Part shown: positions 28,213 to 32,000 of the stretch, in pieces
How positions within the stretch are numbered: the stretch's first letter is position 1
How the letters are laid out: every line of letters begins with the position of its first letter
Assembly (NCBI RefSeq): GCF_000008465.1
Contig: NC_006512.1
Location: 1,440,001 to 1,472,000 of the forward strand
From: Idiomarina loihiensis L2TR
GTDB lineage: Bacteria > Pseudomonadota > Gammaproteobacteria > Enterobacterales > Alteromonadaceae
Direction of reading: 5' to 3'
DNA: 32,000 bases
Program-made: the position numbers and the translations under genes
The notes under the pieces: model-generated
What the model saw: the letters and a program-made list of their open reading frames with translations, nothing else
What the model was told of the DNA's origin: nothing
Databases searched by the model: none

Positions 28213-28479
28213 ATGTTTACAGTCATTTTTGGACGTCCGGGTTGTCCTTTTTGTGTTCGTGCCGTAGAAGTTGCGGATAAATTAAAAGCCGATATGGAAG
28301 ATTTTGATTATCGCTATGTCGACATTCACGCTGAAGGCATCAGCAAAGCTGACCTGGAAAAAACGGTAGGCAAGCCGGTACAAACGGTTCCTCAAATTTT
28401 TGTCGACGAACAACACGTTGGCGGCTTCACAGAATTTGAAGCCTACGCAAAAGAAAACTTAGGGCTTTACACTGCATAA
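28213..28479 (+). CDS. grxA: glutaredoxin 1
   Basis: 88 aa. MFTVIFGRPGCPFCVRA (CPFC active site)...TVPQIFVDEQHVGGFTEF aligns along its whole length with E. coli Grx1. GAGAGAGG lies upstream as a ribosome-binding site. Confidence 0.9.
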   Translation: MFTVIFGRPGCPFCVRAVEVADKLKADMEDFDYRYVDIHAEGISKADLEKTVGKPVQTVPQIFVDEQHVGGFTEFEAYAKENLGLYTA

Positions 28480-28506
28480 CTTTGTGTAAGTAATGTAACC
28501 CTATCG

Positions 28507-28540
28507 TAGAGGCGGCTATTTAGCCGCCTCTATTGCTTGT
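28507..28540 (+). terminator. intrinsic terminator after grxA; the hairpin overlaps the last codons of convergent hrpA
   Basis: TAGAGGCGGCTatttAGCCGCCTCTA forms an 11-bp stem (28507-28517 with 28522-28532), followed by the T-rich TTGCTTGTTT. The hrpA stop codon (28516-28518) lies inside the stem-loop. Confidence 0.7.
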
Positions 28541-31500
28541 TTAACCCGCTTTTCTGACACCGGATACTTCGTTCCCAGCGTCTGCGCGAAGAATGACACT
28601 CGCAGCTCCTCAATCATCCAGCGAATTTCAGCAACGTCATCCGGAACCACCGAGCCTTTATTTTCATACGCTTTCACCGCTGCTTTATACTGCTCTTCCA
28701 GATTTGTCAGAGTCAGTGTCATTAACCTGTCTTTATTCGGGTCAACCGGCAGTTTTTCTAGCCGACGTTGAATAGCTTTTAAATAACGCACAATGTCACT
28801 CAAACGCTCCCCACCAAAAGCAGAGACAAATCCGGCGAACACTAAGTTATCCAGTTGGTCCTGAATATCGCCCCGGGACTGGATTTGATCCAGTGGAATT
28901 TTACCTTTAAGAGACTTTCTAACCTGTTGTGACAATAGCAGGCACTGTTCAACTTCCAGTGCTATTTGTTCAACACGATCATTCAAATTAGCACGAACAA
29001 TATCTTTTAATTGCTCAAAGCCCTTTTGTTCACGGAGCTCATTGCCCTGCTCAATCTGTTCCTGAATGAGGCCGTCTACCGCCGCTGCTATACAGTCGGC
29101 TATTAACGCATCCACTTTACCCCAGGGGTTAAAGTACATAGTCAACTTGGCTTTATTCGACAGTGACTTCTGTAAATGCTTAATAGGTGACGGTATTTGC
29201 TGCAATAACAATTCCCGTACACCGGCTTTATGATGCTTCTTAGCCTGCTCCGGGTTATCGAATAACTGCAGCGCAACCTGTCCTTTGCCTTTATTAATTA
29301 AGCCCGGATACGCCTTCAGCTCAAAACCTTGCTGACGTTCGGTGATGATTTCAGGTAAATCATCGAAGTCCCAGCTATCGACGCGCTCACGACTAATATC
29401 GTCACCGGCGGTTTTCTCCAGCCGCTGCTGCACTTTACCCGACAATTGCTGTTGAAGGCTTTGCAGATCGCGCCCCTGATTCACCAGTTTCTTGCCGTCA
29501 AGAATCTTAAAGTTCATACGTAAATGATCAGGCAGCGAAGACTCATCCCAGCTTTCTTCCGGAACGGTTACGCCGGTCATACGCCGTAACTTAGTCGCCA
29601 TAGCGTCGGTTAAGCGCCCTTGCAACGGCTCAATATCGGCTATAATCGCGCCAGCGAAGTTAGGCGCCGGTACAAAATTACGGCGTAAGGTTTTTGGCAG
29701 CGACTTAATTAAGTGAGCAATACGCTCCTCGCGTAATGCAGGAATATGCCAGTCGAAACCTTCGGGCTTCACCTGATTCAGAATACCCAGCTGAATATTC
29801 ACACTGACACCGTCGTCTTCAGCGTTAGGCTCAAAATGGTAACTTAACGGCAATCGCAAGTTATCTTGTCGCCAAAACTCCGGGTACTCATTTTCGGTAA
29901 TGTGTTCGGTCTCACCGGCGATAAGGTCGTCACGCTCAAAAAACAGCAGTTTAGGCTCTTTTTTGGCCGCCTTATGCCACCAGCCTGCCAGCAACTTTTC
30001 GTTATAGATGCCTTCGGGTATGGCGCGGTCATAAGCCTCGAACAGCACCTCTTCATCCACCAGAATATCGCGCCGCCGTGACTTCGCCTCCAGCACCTGA
30101 ACATCTTCTATCAACTTTAAGTTGTGTTGAATAAAAGGCAGCTTGCGCGTTAGCTGTGAATTAACCAGCCCTTCGCGAATGAATATCTCCCGGGCTTTAA
30201 CCGGTGAAACCGGACCAAACTGGACACGTCTTCTGGGTACCAGAATAAGTCCCAGTAACGTGACCTGCTCATCGGCAATAACACTGCCTTGCTTCTTCTC
30301 AAAATGAGGCTCAAGGTATTGTTTTTTCACTAAGTGTGGCGCGGCTTCTTCTATCCACAGCGGGTCAATATCGGCATTAATACGCGCATACAATTTTGAA
30401 GTTTCCGCCAGTTCAGCAGTAACAACCCACTTGGGCGGTTTACCAAACAAACCTGAGCCCGGGAAAATATGAAAACGCGTTTGCCGTGTTCCCTGATATT
30501 CGTGTCGGTCTTCTTTAAAGCCCACCTGAGACAATAAGCCAGTAATTAAAGCCCTGTGTACTTGCTCGAAAGTGGCAGGTTCTTCATTAATGGATAACCC
30601 CATTTCCCGAACCGTTTGTCGGCTCTGCGTGTAAATATCCTGCCACTCACGCAAGCGCATAAAATGAATAAACTCACGACCCATTTGCTTACGGAACTGA
30701 TTCCCTGACAAGGCCTTCTGCTGCTCTTTGACGTAGTTCCATAAATTGAGAAACGCCATAAAGTCAGAGCTCTTGTCACGAAAACGCTGGTGCCATTCAT
30801 CGGCTTTTTGCTGCGCATCGTGTGGCCGTTCACGCGGGTCCTGAATACTCAGAGCCGCGGTAATTATCAGCATTTCACGGACACAACCATATTGCTGTCC
30901 AGCTATGACCATTCTGGCCAGTCGCGGATCCAGAGGCAGCCGTGACAGCTGTCGTCCTGTATCTGTTAATTTCGGTTGTTCATTTTTACGCCCGGGTTTA
31001 ATGGCATGCAGCTCTTCCAATAAGTTCAAACCGTCTTTAACAAAGCGTTCGTCGGGCTTTTGTACGAAAGGAAACTGACGAATATCACCCAGACGCAACG
31101 ACGACATTTGCAGTATCACCGCCGCCAAATTGGTACGGAGAATTTCCGGGTCGGTATATTCCGGACGCTGCAAAAAGTCCTCTTCACTGTATAAGCGAAT
31201 ACAAATACCCGGACCAATACGGCCACAACGCCCCTTACGCTGGTTGGCGCTGGCCTGTGAAATTGGCTCAATAGGTAAGCGCTGCACTTTAGTGCGGTAA
31301 CTGTAACGGCTCATGCGCACTGTGCCCGGGTCAATTACAAAGCGTATGCCCGGCACGGTTAATGAGGTTTCTGCTACGTTGGTGGCAATAACCACCCGGC
31401 GCTGACTGTGCGACTGAAATACACGGTTCTGCTCGTGCGACGACAAACGCGCATACAAGGGTAACACTTCGGTATTGCGCAGTTGCAAGTCACCAATAGC

Positions 31501-32000
31501 GTCAGCGTAATCGCGGATTTCGCGCTCACCGCTGGCAAAAATAAGAATATCGCCTTCACTTTCACGTTGCAGCTCTTCCACCGCCTCACAAACACCCTGC
31601 AATACGTCTTCATCAGCAGCTTTGCCATCTTCTTTAGGCGGACGATACCGGACTTCAACCGGATAGGTTCGCCCGGTTACCGTCAATACAGGGGCATCGT
31701 GAAAGTGTTTGGAGAAACGTTCGGTTTCAATAGTCGCTGAGGTAATAACAACTTTAAGATCACGGCGTTTGGGCAGCAGCGTATGCAGAACACCCAGCAA
31801 GAAGTCGATGTTCAGACTGCGCTCATGCGCTTCATCAATAATAATGGCGTCGTATTGCAGTAGCAGAGGGTCTTGCTGCAGTTCGGATAACAGCATACCG
31901 TCGGTCATTAGTTTTATTGCCGTAGTCGGTGCGGTCTCATCCTGAAAGCGGATTTTATAACCCACCTGCTTTTTCGCGTGATCCTGCAGCTCATCCCCAA
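28516..32000 (-). CDS. hrpA: ATP-dependent RNA helicase HrpA (DEAH-box), 5'-truncated by the window end
   Basis: The sequence includes VGYKIRFQDE...IIIDEAHERSLNIDF (DEAH motif II), SATIE, TNVAETSLTVPGI and QRKGRCGR (motif VI). A long HA2/OB and C-terminal extension follows, typical of HrpA. The track start at 31965 is an internal GTG (Val). The frame stays open to 32000 (..GDELQDHAKKQVGYK..), and motif I lies beyond the window. Confidence 0.93.
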   Translation of the reverse strand, partial: GDELQDHAKKQVGYKIRFQDETAPTTAIKLMTDGMLLSELQQDPLLLQYDAIIIDEAHERSLNIDFLLGVLHTLLPKRRDLKVVITSATIETERFSKHFHDAPVLTVTGRTYPVEVRYRPPKEDGKAADEDVLQGVCEAVEELQRESEGDILIFASGEREIRDYADAIGDLQLRNTEVLPLYARLSSHEQNRVFQSHSQRRVVIATNVAETSLTVPGIRFVIDPGTVRMSRYSYRTKVQRLPIEPISQASANQRKGRCGRIGPGICIRLYSEEDFLQRPEYTDPEILRTNLAAVILQMSSLRLGDIRQFPFVQKPDERFVKDGLNLLEELHAIKPGRKNEQPKLTDTGRQLSRLPLDPRLARMVIAGQQYGCVREMLIITAALSIQDPRERPHDAQQKADEWHQRFRDKSSDFMAFLNLWNYVKEQQKALSGNQFRKQMGREFIHFMRLREWQDIYTQSRQTVREMGLSINEEPATFEQVHRALITGLLSQVGFKEDRHEYQGTRQTRFHIFPGSGLFGKPPKWVVTAELAETSKLYARINADIDPLWIEEAAPHLVKKQYLEPHFEKKQGSVIADEQVTLLGLILVPRRRVQFGPVSPVKAREIFIREGLVNSQLTRKLPFIQHNLKLIEDVQVLEAKSRRRDILVDEEVLFEAYDRAIPEGIYNEKLLAGWWHKAAKKEPKLLFFERDDLIAGETEHITENEYPEFWRQDNLRLPLSYHFEPNAEDDGVSVNIQLGILNQVKPEGFDWHIPALREERIAHLIKSLPKTLRRNFVPAPNFAGAIIADIEPLQGRLTDAMATKLRRMTGVTVPEESWDESSLPDHLRMNFKILDGKKLVNQGRDLQSLQQQLSGKVQQRLEKTAGDDISRERVDSWDFDDLPEIITERQQGFELKAYPGLINKGKGQVALQLFDNPEQAKKHHKAGVRELLLQQIPSPIKHLQKSLSNKAKLTMYFNPWGKVDALIADCIAAAVDGLIQEQIEQGNELREQKGFEQLKDIVRANLNDRVEQIALEVEQCLLLSQQVRKSLKGKIPLDQIQSRGDIQDQLDNLVFAGFVSAFGGERLSDIVRYLKAIQRRLEKLPVDPNKDRLMTLTLTNLEEQYKAAVKAYENKGSVVPDDVAEIRWMIEELRVSFFAQTLGTKYPVSEKRVKQAIEAAK

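Noticed and set aside
31963-31965. The apparent start codon of the hrpA ORF in the track (MGYKIRF...).
   Set aside because: It is an internal GTG (Val) in the conserved VGYK(I/V)RF helicase segment. The frame remains open to the window edge, and helicase motif I is missing, so the gene is 5'-truncated by the window.
1-32000. A search of the whole window for a novel or accessory system: defence genes, toxin-antitoxin pairs, integrases or transposases, tRNA integration sites, CRISPR-like repeats, and large unexplained non-coding blocks.
   Set aside because: Every ORF over 85 aa that is not antisense to a stronger gene matches a well-known housekeeping family in a conserved syntenic context. 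The largest non-coding stretches (452 bp before rne, 272 bp before nrdA) are explained by leaders or operators. No periodic repeats or mobile-element hallmarks were seen. I will not invent a system.

Overview
This window looks like ordinary, densely packed core chromosome from a gammaproteobacterium. Gene order resembles Vibrio, Alteromonadales and Pseudomonas; that taxonomic guess rests on synteny recalled from memory, not on a search. I found no evidence of a novel or accessory system. There is no integrase, transposase, tRNA, CRISPR array or defence-like gene, and no large unexplained gap. Every intergenic gap is under about 460 bp and is accounted for by terminators, leaders or operator sites.

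Gene content in order:
- Minus strand, 1-7360: pabC (5' part), acpP, fabG, fabD, fabH, plsX, rpmF, yceD, yceF/maf, a HAD hydrolase, rluC.
- Plus strand, 7813-10764: rne, preceded by a long structured leader.
- Minus strand, 10853-22524: comEA-like gene, pyrF, lapB, lapA, ihfB, rpsA, cmk, aroA, hisC, serC, gyrA.
- Plus strand, 22676-28479: ubiG, a HAD phosphatase, nrdA, nrdB, yfaE, grxA.
- Minus strand, 28516 to the window end: hrpA (5' end outside the window).

rpmF (4376-4546) is absent from the ORF track and was found by translating the sequence by hand. Several track ORFs start too far upstream, some at alternative start codons, and were trimmed to the conserved N-termini.

The points worth a second look are modest:
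- fabF is missing from the acpP-pabC junction, and the acpP terminator abuts the pabC start codon.
- Two good NrdR boxes lie upstream of nrdA.
- The rne and rpsA leaders are structured.
- grxA is clustered with nrdAB-yfaE.
- A HAD phosphatase abuts ubiG and may be MupP-like.
- gyrA/serC and hisC/aroA have overlapping stop and start codons.
- A perfect DnaA box lies in the rluC-rne spacer.

All short antisense ORFs in the track are judged spurious.
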